Shown here piece after piece: positions 8,825-18,768 of a stretch of DNA of 64,000 bases. The number at the start of each line of letters is the position of its first letter. Position 1 is the stretch's first letter. Origin of the DNA: Alphaproteobacteria bacterium. GTDB lineage: Bacteria; Pseudomonadota; Alphaproteobacteria; JAREAF01. The stretch is taken from NCBI GenBank assembly GCA_035620695.1, contig DASPGI010000199.1, positions 979 through 64,978 of the forward strand, in the 5' to 3' direction. The position numbers and the translations under genes were made by a program. Under the pieces are notes generated by a model. The model saw only the letters and a list, made by a program, of their open reading frames with translations. It made no database searches and had not been told where the DNA came from.

Positions 8825-10924
8825 ATGTTGAAGGCGATCGCCGGTACCGCTCAACGATGAAACGGCGTGTCTCAGCGATCCGAGGCTGACTGGCTTGTGC
8901 ATCAGGATGCAGCCGCTCTGGCGCGCCTCCCGCAACCGTGCCGGATCCGTGTCGCCGGTCAGGATGATACCGGGAACCTGTCGTCCGACATGCCGCCCTA
9001 TCTCACGAATTGCCTCGACCCCGTTGCAGCCCCCCGGTAACCGAAAATCGCTGACGACGAAGCTCGGCTGCTCGCCCCATTGCTCGAGCTCGCGCAGCGC
9101 CGAAGCAAGGTCCGCCGCCGAGCGGACCAGATAGCCCCAATCCTCCAGCAAGAGTGACAAGCTCATGCGCTGCGCCGGTTCATCCTCGATCACGAGCACC
9201 GAGCGTTGGCTGCCTGCCCGAGGGCCTTCAAGCGCATCTGCCCGAGCAGCGGCGCCACGGGCTGACCCCGCATGATTTTCCGCCGCCGGAATGGTCACTG
9301 CAAAAACGGTCCCGCGCCCCAGCACCGAACGCACCGAAACCTTGTGGCCAAGAACGCGTGTCAGCCCTTTGACGATCGCCAAGCCAAGCCCGTGGCCGCG
9401 ACTGCTGTCCCGCTCCTCGTTTGCAAGTTGGGAGAACTCCTCGAAGATCTCCTCGAGCTTGTCCTTCGGAATACCGGGTCCGTTGTCCCATACCTCCAAG
9501 CGCACCCAATCGCCCGTCCTTCGGCAGCCGACGAGTATTCGCCCGCCCGGACTGTGCCTGATGGCGTTCAGGACCAGATTGCGAATGATTCGCTCGAGCA
9601 ACACGGGGTCGCTGCGCACCTGGACCCTGGATCGAATGAACTGCAGCAACTGCCCACGGGCCGCTGCCTGAGGAGCAAATTCGCCGTGGAGCCGGTCGAG
9701 CAGGGTGTCGACCGCAAAGTTCGTGATATGAGGCCGTACCATCCCGCCTTCGAGCTTCGAGATGTCCAGGAGAGCGTTCAGCAGGTTCTCCCCAGCGGTC
9801 ATGGCTTCGTCAAGGCGTCGTGCGAGTGCCTTGGATTGCGCATCGATCTGTCTTGAGGCAACCGCGTGCAGAAGCAGGCGCATGGCCTGGTAGGGCTGGC
9901 GCAGATCGTGACTGGCGGCGGCCAGGAACCGGGTTTTCGCATCGTTGGCGCGTTCCGCCGCCTCCTGAGCATGGCGCAGCGTGGCCTCGACGCGCTTGCG
10001 GTCGGAGATGTCCTGGACGGTCCCCTCATACCAGCGCACTTTGCCCGACCGGTCGCGCACGACACGCGCATTCTCGGAAACCCAAATCCGTTCGCCAGAG
10101 CGCCGAACCAGCTCTGATTCGAAGTTGGTCAGCCTGCCGCTCTCCATGATCCGCCGCCGAAACTCGAGAGAACGCCGCGGATCGACATAGTGGACGAAGC
10201 CACGTTCGTTGATGCTGAGCATCATCTGGCGCTCATTGTCGTAACCCAGAAGGCGCACGAAGGCCGGGTTGGCGCTGAGGATCCGGCCGTCTGGGTCGGA
10301 TCGAAAGATACCTTCGGTCGCATTCTCGAAAAGGTCGCGATAGCTGCGCTCGATCGTTTGGAGCGCATCCTGGGCGGCCATGAGCTCGGTCACCTCAGTC
10401 ATCGAGCCGATATAGAAGGAGGCGCCCCCCTGAGGCCCAGGCACCGCGCAAGCGCTTTCGCTGATCAGGATCCTTCGGCCGTCCCGCCGTCGTACCTCGG
10501 TCACGAACTGGGTATGACCCGAACACCCAAGCGCCGCCAACTTCGCCGCCCGGAAATCCGGTTCGACATAGAGCTGTGCCCCGATATCCACCACCTCATC
10601 GATAAGCGTCTCGGTCGACGGCCACCCAAGTATCTCGGCGAGCTTAGGATTCGCACGCAGAAACCGACCAGCCGTCGTTGCCTGATACAACCCCACCCCA
10701 ACGGTGCCGAATATCAGCCGATCCACTTCCCCAGAATCGCCATGCGCCGGTCCGGCGGAGGTTGGACGGGGTTCAGAGGCCAAGGACGGCTCCGGTTGAG
10801 GGTAAGTCGGTTTGGCTGCGGGAACTTGACAGTCTAGTCCTTGGCGGCCGGATGGATAAGGTGCCCAATCGAGTGTGGATAACAATGAACTGAGTGCGGA
10901 CGCCACGGATTCCCGCTTGTGCAA
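8795..10924 (-). CDS. Hybrid sensor histidine kinase/response regulator with PAS domains
   Basis: Tandem PAS-like segments, H-box 'ASHDLRQPYQAM', HATPase_c (…VWDNGPGIP…GHGLGLAIVK…), and a C-terminal receiver (VLVIEDEP…VVSDFRLPGG…). Confidence 0.75.
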   Translation of the reverse strand: MHKRESVASALSSLLSTLDWAPYPSGRQGLDCQVPAAKPTYPQPEPSLASEPRPTSAGPAHGDSGEVDRLIFGTVGVGLYQATTAGRFLRANPKLAEILGWPSTETLIDEVVDIGAQLYVEPDFRAAKLAALGCSGHTQFVTEVRRRDGRRILISESACAVPGPQGGASFYIGSMTEVTELMAAQDALQTIERSYRDLFENATEGIFRSDPDGRILSANPAFVRLLGYDNERQMMLSINERGFVHYVDPRRSLEFRRRIMESGRLTNFESELVRRSGERIWVSENARVVRDRSGKVRWYEGTVQDISDRKRVEATLRHAQEAAERANDAKTRFLAAASHDLRQPYQAMRLLLHAVASRQIDAQSKALARRLDEAMTAGENLLNALLDISKLEGGMVRPHITNFAVDTLLDRLHGEFAPQAAARGQLLQFIRSRVQVRSDPVLLERIIRNLVLNAIRHSPGGRILVGCRRTGDWVRLEVWDNGPGIPKDKLEEIFEEFSQLANEERDSSRGHGLGLAIVKGLTRVLGHKVSVRSVLGRGTVFAVTIPAAENHAGSARGAAARADALEGPRAGSQRSVLVIEDEPAQRMSLSLLLEDWGYLVRSAADLASALRELEQWGEQPSFVVSDFRLPGGCNGVEAIREIGRHVGRQVPGIILTGDTDPARLREARQSGCILMHKPVSLGSLRHAVSSLSGTGDRLQHSSLAARGEP

Positions 10925-10958
10925 GCTACTTCCAACGGATTAGAAACGTCATTCTCCC

Positions 10959-11984
10959 ATGAGCGCATCCCTGGGCATGTCAGCAAAACCCACATCATGG
11001 GCCGATCGTAACTGGGCGCAGCGCTCCCTGATCTGGCCCCTCGAAGCGGCAGCATTAGCACTGGTGCTGGCGTTGCTCGCCGTGCTGCCTAGGCGCGCCG
11101 CCGTCAAAGCAAGCGGCGCTCTCGCGGCATTCATTGGTCCACGGCTCTCGCGACAGCATTCGCGCGCAATGCGTCGCAACCTCACCATCGCCTTCCCGGA
11201 TCTTGCGCAATTAGACCGCATCGCTCTAACAAAAGAGATCTGGAGGCATTTCGGCCGCGTGCTTTCCACTGCCTTGCACATTCCGTCGATCTTTCGACAG
11301 CCAGACCTTCGGGGTGTCGTCGATGTCGAGGGCGCCGAGCATCTTGCCCGGGCGGCCCATGGAGGGCGCTTTCTCTTGGTCGGAGCGCATCTGGGTCACT
11401 GGGAACTTTCTGCGGCATATGTAGCAGCCGCGGGCCATCGCCTCAGCTGCCTATACACGCCCGAATCCAACCCATGGATCGATCGGCTGGTCCGCTATCT
11501 TCGGCAGAGGGGCGCTCCGAATTTGAATCTGATTGCGCGGGGTCCACATGCCGTTCGCACAATGATCGAGAGTCTGCGGGAAGGTGGCGCCTTGTTCATC
11601 ATAGTCGACCAGCGGGTGGACGATGGGGAATGGCTGCCCTATTTCGGGCGGCTCGCTCAGACCACCACCGCTCCAGCTCGGCTGGCTCGCCGCTTCAATT
11701 GCCCGATTCTGCTCAGTCGCGCCATCCTGCTCCCGAAGGACCGCTATCGCGTCACCTTCTATGAGCCCCTGCATCCCGATCTTTCGCGCAACGCAGACAC
11801 CGATGTGACAGCGATAACACGGACGCTGAACGAGACCTTTGAAACCTGGATCCGGGAGTATCCCGCGCAGTGGCTATGCATGAAGCGCCGGTGGCCGAAG
11901 CACACATCGCGCCAGCCGGAGCCGATTTCGGTCGATACCGTAACTCAGAGCGTCCGGACCGAAATTCCGGCGATTACAGACTGA
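10959..11984 (+). CDS. Lipid A biosynthesis lauroyl/myristoyl acyltransferase family protein (LpxL/HtrB-like lysophospholipid acyltransferase)
   Basis: N-terminal TM helix and HX4-type acyltransferase motif 'AHLGHWELS' (HxGNWE-like). Confidence 0.6.
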   Translation: MSASLGMSAKPTSWADRNWAQRSLIWPLEAAALALVLALLAVLPRRAAVKASGALAAFIGPRLSRQHSRAMRRNLTIAFPDLAQLDRIALTKEIWRHFGRVLSTALHIPSIFRQPDLRGVVDVEGAEHLARAAHGGRFLLVGAHLGHWELSAAYVAAAGHRLSCLYTPESNPWIDRLVRYLRQRGAPNLNLIARGPHAVRTMIESLREGGALFIIVDQRVDDGEWLPYFGRLAQTTTAPARLARRFNCPILLSRAILLPKDRYRVTFYEPLHPDLSRNADTDVTAITRTLNETFETWIREYPAQWLCMKRRWPKHTSRQPEPISVDTVTQSVRTEIPAITD

Positions 11985-12018
11985 GGCTTCGCTCGCAGCC
12001 CGGCGAGTATTGCGCTGT

Positions 12019-12282
12019 CTAGCTGGAGCCCTGGTCGGAGCGGTCAGCCGTGGTCTTGCTTCTAGCGCGCGCGGTGCGAGGCTTGACCTTCTTCTCGAAT
12101 TCCGCTGCCAAATCGCGCTCCAGGGCCACCAGATCCTCCGGTAGCGGCATGCCGGTCGCGCGCATGGAATCCAGAATTTGCACCAGACGCAGATACACCT
12201 CGTGACTCGGCCCTTGTTCGCCCTCCATCTCGTCCAACAGCAGCGACAGGGCCGCTTCTATCTCCTGCCGATCGAGCCGCAT
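12019..12282 (-). CDS. Hypothetical small acidic protein
   Basis: ORF with internal Met MRLDRQEIEAALSLL… No family recognised. Confidence 0.25.
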   Translation of the reverse strand: MRLDRQEIEAALSLLLDEMEGEQGPSHEVYLRLVQILDSMRATGMPLPEDLVALERDLAAEFEKKVKPRTARARSKTTADRSDQGSS

Positions 12283-12381
12283 CTTGCTCCTCCGCTGTTC
12301 TTGCCGGGGACGGGCCTTTCCCGAGAGTGAATTATCTCTATTTTCTTGGACGGGCATCGCTGCCAACTAGGAGAACCTACC

Positions 12382-13548
12382 ATGTTCCAGCGAGACGTTC
12401 GCCTCCCCTTATTGGCCGCGGCCGCGATCCTGTCCGTGCACCCCGCTTCGGCCATAGAGGCGGACTACGAAAGCGAGCAGGCATCGTTCTCCGTCGAGAC
12501 CGTCGCGAAGCGGTTGGAGCATCCCTGGGGTCTGGCCTTCTTGCCGGACGGACGAATGATGGTCACCGAACGGCCGGGAAGGCTGCGGATCGTGTCTCCC
12601 GACGGGACGATCTCGGAACCGATCTCCGAAGTGCCGGAAGTCGACGCGCGCGGACAAGGAGGTCTTCTCGACATAGCATTGGACCCCGGTTTCGAACGCA
12701 GCCGGCTGGTCTATTTGAGCTATGCCGAGCCCGGTAGGGACGGCAACTCCACGGCCGTGGCGCGTGCGGTCTTGAGCGAGGATGGCCGGGCTCTGTCGGA
12801 CCTTAAGGTAATCTTCTCGCAGAAGCCCAGGGTTTCCAGCCGGTCGCATTTCGGCTCTCGCCTGGTTTTCGATGGCAATGGGCATCTTTTCATAACTCTG
12901 GGCGAACGCTCCGCAGAGAAGTTTCGCAGACAAGCACAGGATCTCGATTCCCACCTCGGAAAGATCGTGAGGGTCAATCCTGACGGCGGCGTGCCGGAAG
13001 ACAATCCATTCAATCGCCAACCGGAAGCCCTGCCCGAGATCTGGTCTTATGGACACCGCAACGTTCAGGCCGCTGCGATCCATCCAGAGACGGGCGCGCT
13101 TTGGGCGATCGAGCACGGACCCAAGGGCGGCGACGAGATCAACATAGCCGAGCCAGGATTGAACTTCGGCTGGCCCGTCGTCTCCTACGGGGTGAATTAC
13201 AACGGCAGCCCGGTCGGCACCGGCAAGCAGCGGCAGACAGGCATGGCCGATCCGATTTATCAGTGGACGCCGGTAATCGCCCCCTCCGGCATGCTCTTCT
13301 ACTCCGGCTCGGCCTTTGCCGATTGGCGCGGCGATTTATTCGTGGGAGGGCTGAGAGCCAAAGCGCTCGTGCGCCTGGAACTCGAGGGGAACAAAATCGT
13401 CCATGAAGAGCGTCTGCTGCGCGATCTCGGACGGCGAATCCGGGACGTCGAGCAGGGACCGGATGGGGCGCTGTATGTTTTGACCGACGAGAGCAATGGC
13501 GAGATTCTTCGACTGTCTCCGAAGGAGCGAGCCGCTGAAGGCAACTGA
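12382..13548 (+). CDS. PQQ-dependent sugar dehydrogenase (soluble glucose/sorbosone dehydrogenase, YliI-like)
   Basis: Signal peptide, then blocks typical of the 6-bladed beta-propeller sDH family (…HPWGLAFLPDGRMMVTER…SYGHRNVQ…GWPVVSYG…). Confidence 0.7.
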   Translation: MFQRDVRLPLLAAAAILSVHPASAIEADYESEQASFSVETVAKRLEHPWGLAFLPDGRMMVTERPGRLRIVSPDGTISEPISEVPEVDARGQGGLLDIALDPGFERSRLVYLSYAEPGRDGNSTAVARAVLSEDGRALSDLKVIFSQKPRVSSRSHFGSRLVFDGNGHLFITLGERSAEKFRRQAQDLDSHLGKIVRVNPDGGVPEDNPFNRQPEALPEIWSYGHRNVQAAAIHPETGALWAIEHGPKGGDEINIAEPGLNFGWPVVSYGVNYNGSPVGTGKQRQTGMADPIYQWTPVIAPSGMLFYSGSAFADWRGDLFVGGLRAKALVRLELEGNKIVHEERLLRDLGRRIRDVEQGPDGALYVLTDESNGEILRLSPKERAAEGN

Positions 13549-13575
13549 CGACCTGAACAGCGAGGGCAAACAATC

Positions 13576-14427
13576 ATGCGTCAGGAACTGATCGATCTCT
13601 ATGACGACTTCACTCATGACCGCATCAGCCGCCGGGTCTTTCTGGACCGGCTCACGGCTGCGATGGGCAGCGCGGCGGCGGCAAGCACGGTGCTGGCGCA
13701 GCTCGCGCCGAACTATGCGCTCGCGGCTATCGTCTCAGAGGACGATCCGCGCGTGATTGCGGAGCGCATTCAGATTCCCAATGGGCCGCGCGCCTACGAA
13801 GCCCGCCCGGCCAATGCCGCCGGACATCTGCCCGGCCTGGTTATCGTGCACGAGAACCGCGGCCTCAACGCGCATATCGAGGATGTCGCCCGCAGGGCGG
13901 CCATAGACGGCTTCCTTGCGCTTGCGCCGGATTTCTTGAGCTCTGTCGGCGGTACCCCAAGCGATCCCGATCAAGCGCGAGAGATGATCGGCGCACTGCC
14001 CGTCGATACCGCGATCTCCGAAGCGCGCAGGGCCATTGCCTGGCTCGCCGAACAATCGGGCGCCAACGGCAAGGTCGGAATCATCGGCTTCTGCTGGGGC
14101 GGCGGTTTGGTCGGTCAGGTGGCGACCGCCGAGCCGGCGCTGAACGCAGCGGTGGTCTTCTACGGCCGCACGCCTCCGATCGAGAACATTCCGAATATCA
14201 GTGCCCCGCTCCTGCTCCACTACGCCGGACTGGACGAACGCATCAACGCCGACGTCCCCGCCTTCCGCGACGCGCTCGATCAGGCGGGAGTGCGCTATGA
14301 GCTTCACCTCTATGAAGGGGCGAATCACGCCTTCCACAACGATACCTCGGAGGCTCGCTATGCGCCGGATGCCGCGAAGCTGGCTTGGCAAAGGACGGTC
14401 GAGTTTCTCAAACGGGAATTGAGTTGA
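13576..14427 (+). CDS. Dienelactone hydrolase family protein with Tat signal
   Basis: Twin-arginine motif 'ISRRVFLDRLTAAMGSAAAAS'. DLH core (…GLVIVHENRGLN…GIIGFCWGG…HAFHND…). Confidence 0.75.
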   Translation: MRQELIDLYDDFTHDRISRRVFLDRLTAAMGSAAAASTVLAQLAPNYALAAIVSEDDPRVIAERIQIPNGPRAYEARPANAAGHLPGLVIVHENRGLNAHIEDVARRAAIDGFLALAPDFLSSVGGTPSDPDQAREMIGALPVDTAISEARRAIAWLAEQSGANGKVGIIGFCWGGGLVGQVATAEPALNAAVVFYGRTPPIENIPNISAPLLLHYAGLDERINADVPAFRDALDQAGVRYELHLYEGANHAFHNDTSEARYAPDAAKLAWQRTVEFLKRELS

Positions 14428-14443
14428 CCCGCCGGGCACGTTC

Positions 14444-15268
14444 ATGCGCGCGATCTCCGGGGCAGCAATTCTGATTGGGGCGCTCCTCGCGGGCGCCCCG
14501 CCCAAGGCCGATGCTCAGATCGTGCAGGTTGACGTAGAGCTGTGCCTGGCGGCTGATGGTTCAGGTTCGATCACCGATGACGAGTTCCAGTTCCAGCGCA
14601 GCGGCTATGCCGCGGCTCTCATCGATCAGCGCGTGCTCGACGCAATCCGCCTGGGAGCGCGCGGGGGTATCGCTTTGGCGCTCATGGAATGGGGCGGCGC
14701 GCAAAGCATGAATGAAATAGTCGGCTGGAGCCTTGTTTCCGACCGCGCGTCGGCCGAACAATTCGCGGCGCGGCTGATCGCGGCCCCGCGCCTGGCCTTT
14801 GGCTGGAACTCCATCAGCAACGCCATCGCCTTTTGCCAGGAATGGCTCGAAGCCAACGCATTCGATGGGACGCTCCGGGTGATTGACGTCTCCGGTGATG
14901 CGGGACAGCGCGGCGGCATCCCCTTGCCGATCGCGCGACAGAGGGCCCTCGACGCCGGGATCACCATCAACGCCCTTGCGCTCAACTTCCGCGGCGGCGG
15001 GCTTACCGGTCCGGGTGGATTGCCCTTGATCGACCATTTCGAAACTGAGGTGATCGGCGGTCCCGGCGCCTTTGCGATCGTGGTGGCCGAAGAGCATCGC
15101 TTCGTCGAATCTCTGGTGCAGAAGCTGGTGCAGGAGATTGCCGGAAAACAACTGGATCCCGAAGAGGATGTTCATGCCGGAGAGGCTGATTCGCATCTAT
15201 CCAGAGCCGCACGAGGAAGTGGAGCTGCGCGGGCTCTACCTGGGGCACGAGCTGCAGCGCCGGGGTAG
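14444..15268 (+). CDS. DUF1194 (vWA-like) domain protein
   Basis: Signal peptide, then 'VDVELCLAADGSGSITDDEFQFQRSGYAAAL'. The 3' end overlaps the next gene by about 100 nt. Confidence 0.5.
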   Translation: MRAISGAAILIGALLAGAPPKADAQIVQVDVELCLAADGSGSITDDEFQFQRSGYAAALIDQRVLDAIRLGARGGIALALMEWGGAQSMNEIVGWSLVSDRASAEQFAARLIAAPRLAFGWNSISNAIAFCQEWLEANAFDGTLRVIDVSGDAGQRGGIPLPIARQRALDAGITINALALNFRGGGLTGPGGLPLIDHFETEVIGGPGAFAIVVAEEHRFVESLVQKLVQEIAGKQLDPEEDVHAGEADSHLSRAARGSGAARALPGARAAAPG

Positions 15269-15989
15269 GCCGAGTGCACCCTTCGTCTACGCCGATTTCG
15301 TGAGCAGCCTCGACGGCCGGATCGCGGTAGCGGATCTGGTGCCCCCCGAGCTGACTGGCGGCAACGATCTTCGTCTCCTGCTGGAGCTGCAGGCTCAGGC
15401 CGATTGCGTAATCACGCATGGAGGATATTTGCGTGCCCTCTCCCAAGGGCGTCTGGGCGACATTCTGGAGGTGGGCGCACACGAAGAGACGCGCGACCTC
15501 GCTATTTGGCGGCGGACGAAAGGGCTTGCACTACAGCCCGCGGTGGTTGTCGTCAGCGCCAGCCTGGACTTCCCGATTCCGCCATCGATAGCCGGCGGCG
15601 AGCGCCGCGTCATCATCGCCACAACTCAGTCGACACCGGCCCGCAGAGTGGAGGCATGGCGTAATCGAGGCTACGAGATGTTGATCGCCGGCCAGGGTGA
15701 TCGGGTGGAGGCCGGAGAGCTGACAGTCGCGCTCGGCCGGCTCGGCTTTCAAAGCCTTTTTCTGTTGACTGGACCGCGCATGCTGGAATCGGCGCTTCGC
15801 GCGGGCGTGCTTTCGCGCCTGTATCTCACGCTGGTTCATCGCATGCTGGGGGGCGAGAGGGTTCAGACCATGATCTCCGGCCCGCAATTGGGCGCGGCCG
15901 GCCGTCTGCGCCTGGGCGCTCTCTATCACGATCGCGAAGGGCCGGACGGATCCAGCCAGTGGTTCGCCGAATTCGAACCGGTTCCTTGA
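15168..15989 (+). CDS. RibD C-terminal domain / dihydrofolate reductase family protein
   Basis: 'VYADFVSSLDGRIAVADL…' is the deaminase-reductase C-domain signature. Start chosen at MFMPERL. Confidence 0.5.
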   Translation: MFMPERLIRIYPEPHEEVELRGLYLGHELQRRGRPSAPFVYADFVSSLDGRIAVADLVPPELTGGNDLRLLLELQAQADCVITHGGYLRALSQGRLGDILEVGAHEETRDLAIWRRTKGLALQPAVVVVSASLDFPIPPSIAGGERRVIIATTQSTPARRVEAWRNRGYEMLIAGQGDRVEAGELTVALGRLGFQSLFLLTGPRMLESALRAGVLSRLYLTLVHRMLGGERVQTMISGPQLGAAGRLRLGALYHDREGPDGSSQWFAEFEPVP

Positions 15990-16055
15990 CGCCGCGAACT
16001 TGCACCCATCGAAGCGAAAGACCTGCCAAGCGTCCGCTTTGATCACCGGCGGCGT

Positions 16056-17654
16056 TTATTGAATGCCGAGGCTGAACAGCTCCTCGCAGGTTGACGGCCG
16101 CTGAATGCGTTGACGGACCTCGCTGATCCGGTCCGCTTCCGCAAAGAACGGGTCGGCTTGACGTTCTGCCGTCATTGCGTCGACCTCGATGCCGTGGAAC
16201 CGACCCTCGCGTACCAAGGCGATCCGCGGGTCGGCCGGGCCATGAGCCCACAACGCCTTCACCCACGCCGAAAAGCGCTTGTTGTCCCAGAACCGTGCCG
16301 CCAATCCCTCGCCATCCTTGGCCCAGGAATAGTTGCCGAGATCGTCTGGATCTTTGCGTTTGCTGTTGATCACCAGATCACGAAGCGGGGTCAATGCGCC
16401 GAATTGGAACAAAGTCGCGGCCATCAGACCATAATCTTCCTTCACTTTCTGAGCGAGACCCTCCGACGCCTTAACGATGAGCGCCTTGCTTTCGCGATAA
16501 AAGAGCAAGTCATAAACCGTGAAATCTGCTGGTATCGTACGGGTCACGCCCAATCGGTCGTCACAGCCGACATGTTGCCAGGGGATATGCAGATCCCGCT
16601 GCAGGTATTTCCAGAAATCGTTCGCCCCGAAGGATTCGGGGGCTTCGTCTGAAGTTTCAATCTCCGGGGGTTCATTGATGAATGGAAGCACGCCCGAAGC
16701 TTGAAGCCATGACATCGCAAATGGCGTACAACCGGCGCCGGTACCCTTGTACGGCCTGTTTATGAGGGAACCAAAGATGCTGTGCTGGCCTCTCGCAAGA
16801 AACTCCACAAAAAAAGCCAAGGCGTCCCTGGCGTTTCTGAGCGGAACCTTGAACCGGGCAAAAACGACATTTCCATCGGTCACGACATATTCCGGGCCGA
16901 TATTTCTGCCACCGACATTGCTGTAATGCAAACCGTCGATCACCCGGAGTTCCCGTTGACGCCAGGTTAGCTCGTTGAGCGCCTCTCTTGCCGAATTCAA
17001 TCGCCCCGGTTCTGGAGTCAACAGAACGCCACCGATCCCGAGTTCCCGCCCGAGCGTCAGCTCTTCGAGCTCGGCATCCGCACGCCTGGTCGTGGTCATT
17101 CCGGTTAGAATGGTAGGAAATCCGGGGACTTCCGCCTTTACGTAAAAATGGCCGATGGGATGACTTGGAACCCGTTGTTCCTCAACGTCATTGGTGATCA
17201 CCGGACTCACGTAATTTGAATAGGCCCCCTTCACCAAATTGGCCGGATCTCGGAAATCCATGCCTCTATCGACGCCGGGCTCTCTCGAGGGTAAGTCCGA
17301 TAGAGGCGGATCGATGTGATAGAGGGTGATCAACCCATATTCCGCCCCTGCCGCATCGATCAAGGGTCCCGCCTCTCCACTCAGCGTGACATTGGTCTCG
17401 TAGGGAACATCCTTGTCGACCGCAGGATCATATGCGTGCCTGATGCGCTTCAAATTCACCGACGTGGCGACGGGCTCTCCGTCCCCCGCCTTGGACCAAA
17501 TCCGGAATACGCCTTCCCCAAGACTTTCGATTCGTGCCCCACCAGCGGTGATATCTTGCGCGTAAGCCGGCTGCGCGTCCGATGATTGCGCAAACCCGGC
17601 AAATGGAGCCAGGGCTACCGAAAATGCCAACAGTGCCGTCCGATACGCGGACAT
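16056..17654 (-). CDS. Secreted hypothetical protein (532 aa)
   Basis: Clear N-terminal signal peptide (MSAYRTALLAFSVALAPFAGFAQS). No recognisable catalytic motif or family. Confidence 0.5.
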   Translation of the reverse strand: MSAYRTALLAFSVALAPFAGFAQSSDAQPAYAQDITAGGARIESLGEGVFRIWSKAGDGEPVATSVNLKRIRHAYDPAVDKDVPYETNVTLSGEAGPLIDAAGAEYGLITLYHIDPPLSDLPSREPGVDRGMDFRDPANLVKGAYSNYVSPVITNDVEEQRVPSHPIGHFYVKAEVPGFPTILTGMTTTRRADAELEELTLGRELGIGGVLLTPEPGRLNSAREALNELTWRQRELRVIDGLHYSNVGGRNIGPEYVVTDGNVVFARFKVPLRNARDALAFFVEFLARGQHSIFGSLINRPYKGTGAGCTPFAMSWLQASGVLPFINEPPEIETSDEAPESFGANDFWKYLQRDLHIPWQHVGCDDRLGVTRTIPADFTVYDLLFYRESKALIVKASEGLAQKVKEDYGLMAATLFQFGALTPLRDLVINSKRKDPDDLGNYSWAKDGEGLAARFWDNKRFSAWVKALWAHGPADPRIALVREGRFHGIEVDAMTAERQADPFFAEADRISEVRQRIQRPSTCEELFSLGIQ

Positions 17655-17847
17655 TGCGAACGACCGTCAGACCGTGGGCGAGTCTATCGAACTCCATGCG
17701 ATGCTAGCATCGTTGACGGTGACGAGCGCTTGCTCATTCGATAACGGTTCATGGCGCCGAGGATCCTATGTTCCCCGGCACTGGGATTTGCCAAGTTGAG
17801 CGACTGCTGTGGCCTGCTCTAGGCGCGGTACGAAGCGCAGCCAAGCA

Positions 17848-18600
17848 TTAGTTGCCGACCCCGAGTGGCAGGAAAAATCTGATTCCGAGGTTCAATTCGG
17901 GATTGAGGCCGCTCAGGAGCACCGCACTGCCCGCGGTGAGATTGCCATCGCCGACAGGCCGGCTGATTGCGGCCTGAAAAATCCTGAACTGCCGCTGACC
18001 GCGGCGCTTGTCCTTGGAAAGCACGTCGATGATGACGGCCGTCCTGAATCCGATGGGCTGGTCCATGGTAAAAATCGCCCTGTATCGCTTGCGAAGAACG
18101 CCAAAGAGCTTGTCTTCGGGAAGATGGTCTTCCTGATAGATTTGGTCGAGCGCAAAGCCCAGGGTGAGTGAACCATCTTCGCTGGACCACAAAGTGGCCC
18201 CGGCCGCTGCAATGGCCGGCTCCTTCTCTCCGCCCGTGAGGTAGGGATCGAAATCCAAGACCAAAGAAATAGGTGGCAACGCTAGCCGAGCAGGTGTTGC
18301 GCTCGTCTGCGCCGGCGGCAACGCTGCCCAGGGAAGGCTCGACAACGCCTCATCTGCAAGGTCGGCCGCTCGCACCGGCGCCGCGATCATCGGCAACAGC
18401 GCTAGAACGACCAAGGCCGCCCATGGTCTCGATATGACTAGCCGCGGGCCACCGAGCGTTTTCGCAAGGCGGCGCGCGACGCAGGAATAACCCCGTCCGC
18501 CCGACCGCATCGCCACAAGTTCCCAAGCCAGGGATGCAGCTCGATATTGCAAACGCTGGGCGGGCGGTCTCTGTCCTTGTTTCTTTCGGTCTCGGCACAA
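17848..18600 (-). CDS. Hypothetical exported protein (about 220-250 aa)
   Basis: ORF with an internal hydrophobic signal-like segment (…RPWAALVVLALLPMIAAPVRAADL…). No family recognised; start uncertain. Confidence 0.35.
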   Translation of the reverse strand: MCRDRKKQGQRPPAQRLQYRAASLAWELVAMRSGGRGYSCVARRLAKTLGGPRLVISRPWAALVVLALLPMIAAPVRAADLADEALSSLPWAALPPAQTSATPARLALPPISLVLDFDPYLTGGEKEPAIAAAGATLWSSEDGSLTLGFALDQIYQEDHLPEDKLFGVLRKRYRAIFTMDQPIGFRTAVIIDVLSKDKRRGQRQFRIFQAAISRPVGDGNLTAGSAVLLSGLNPELNLGIRFFLPLGVGN

Positions 18601-18768
18601 TCTCTTCCGGCCCGGCAGGCGGCTCGGACGGGCTATACCAAGTAAAAGTAACGCACGAGCTTGCGATTTTAACTCTGGAGCTTAACCATAATCTGCGTCT
18701 GTTCTGAGCGGGATTTGTCACACCGGCATACGCTCCTTGGCGAAATATTCAACGCTCGCTTTGCGGCC

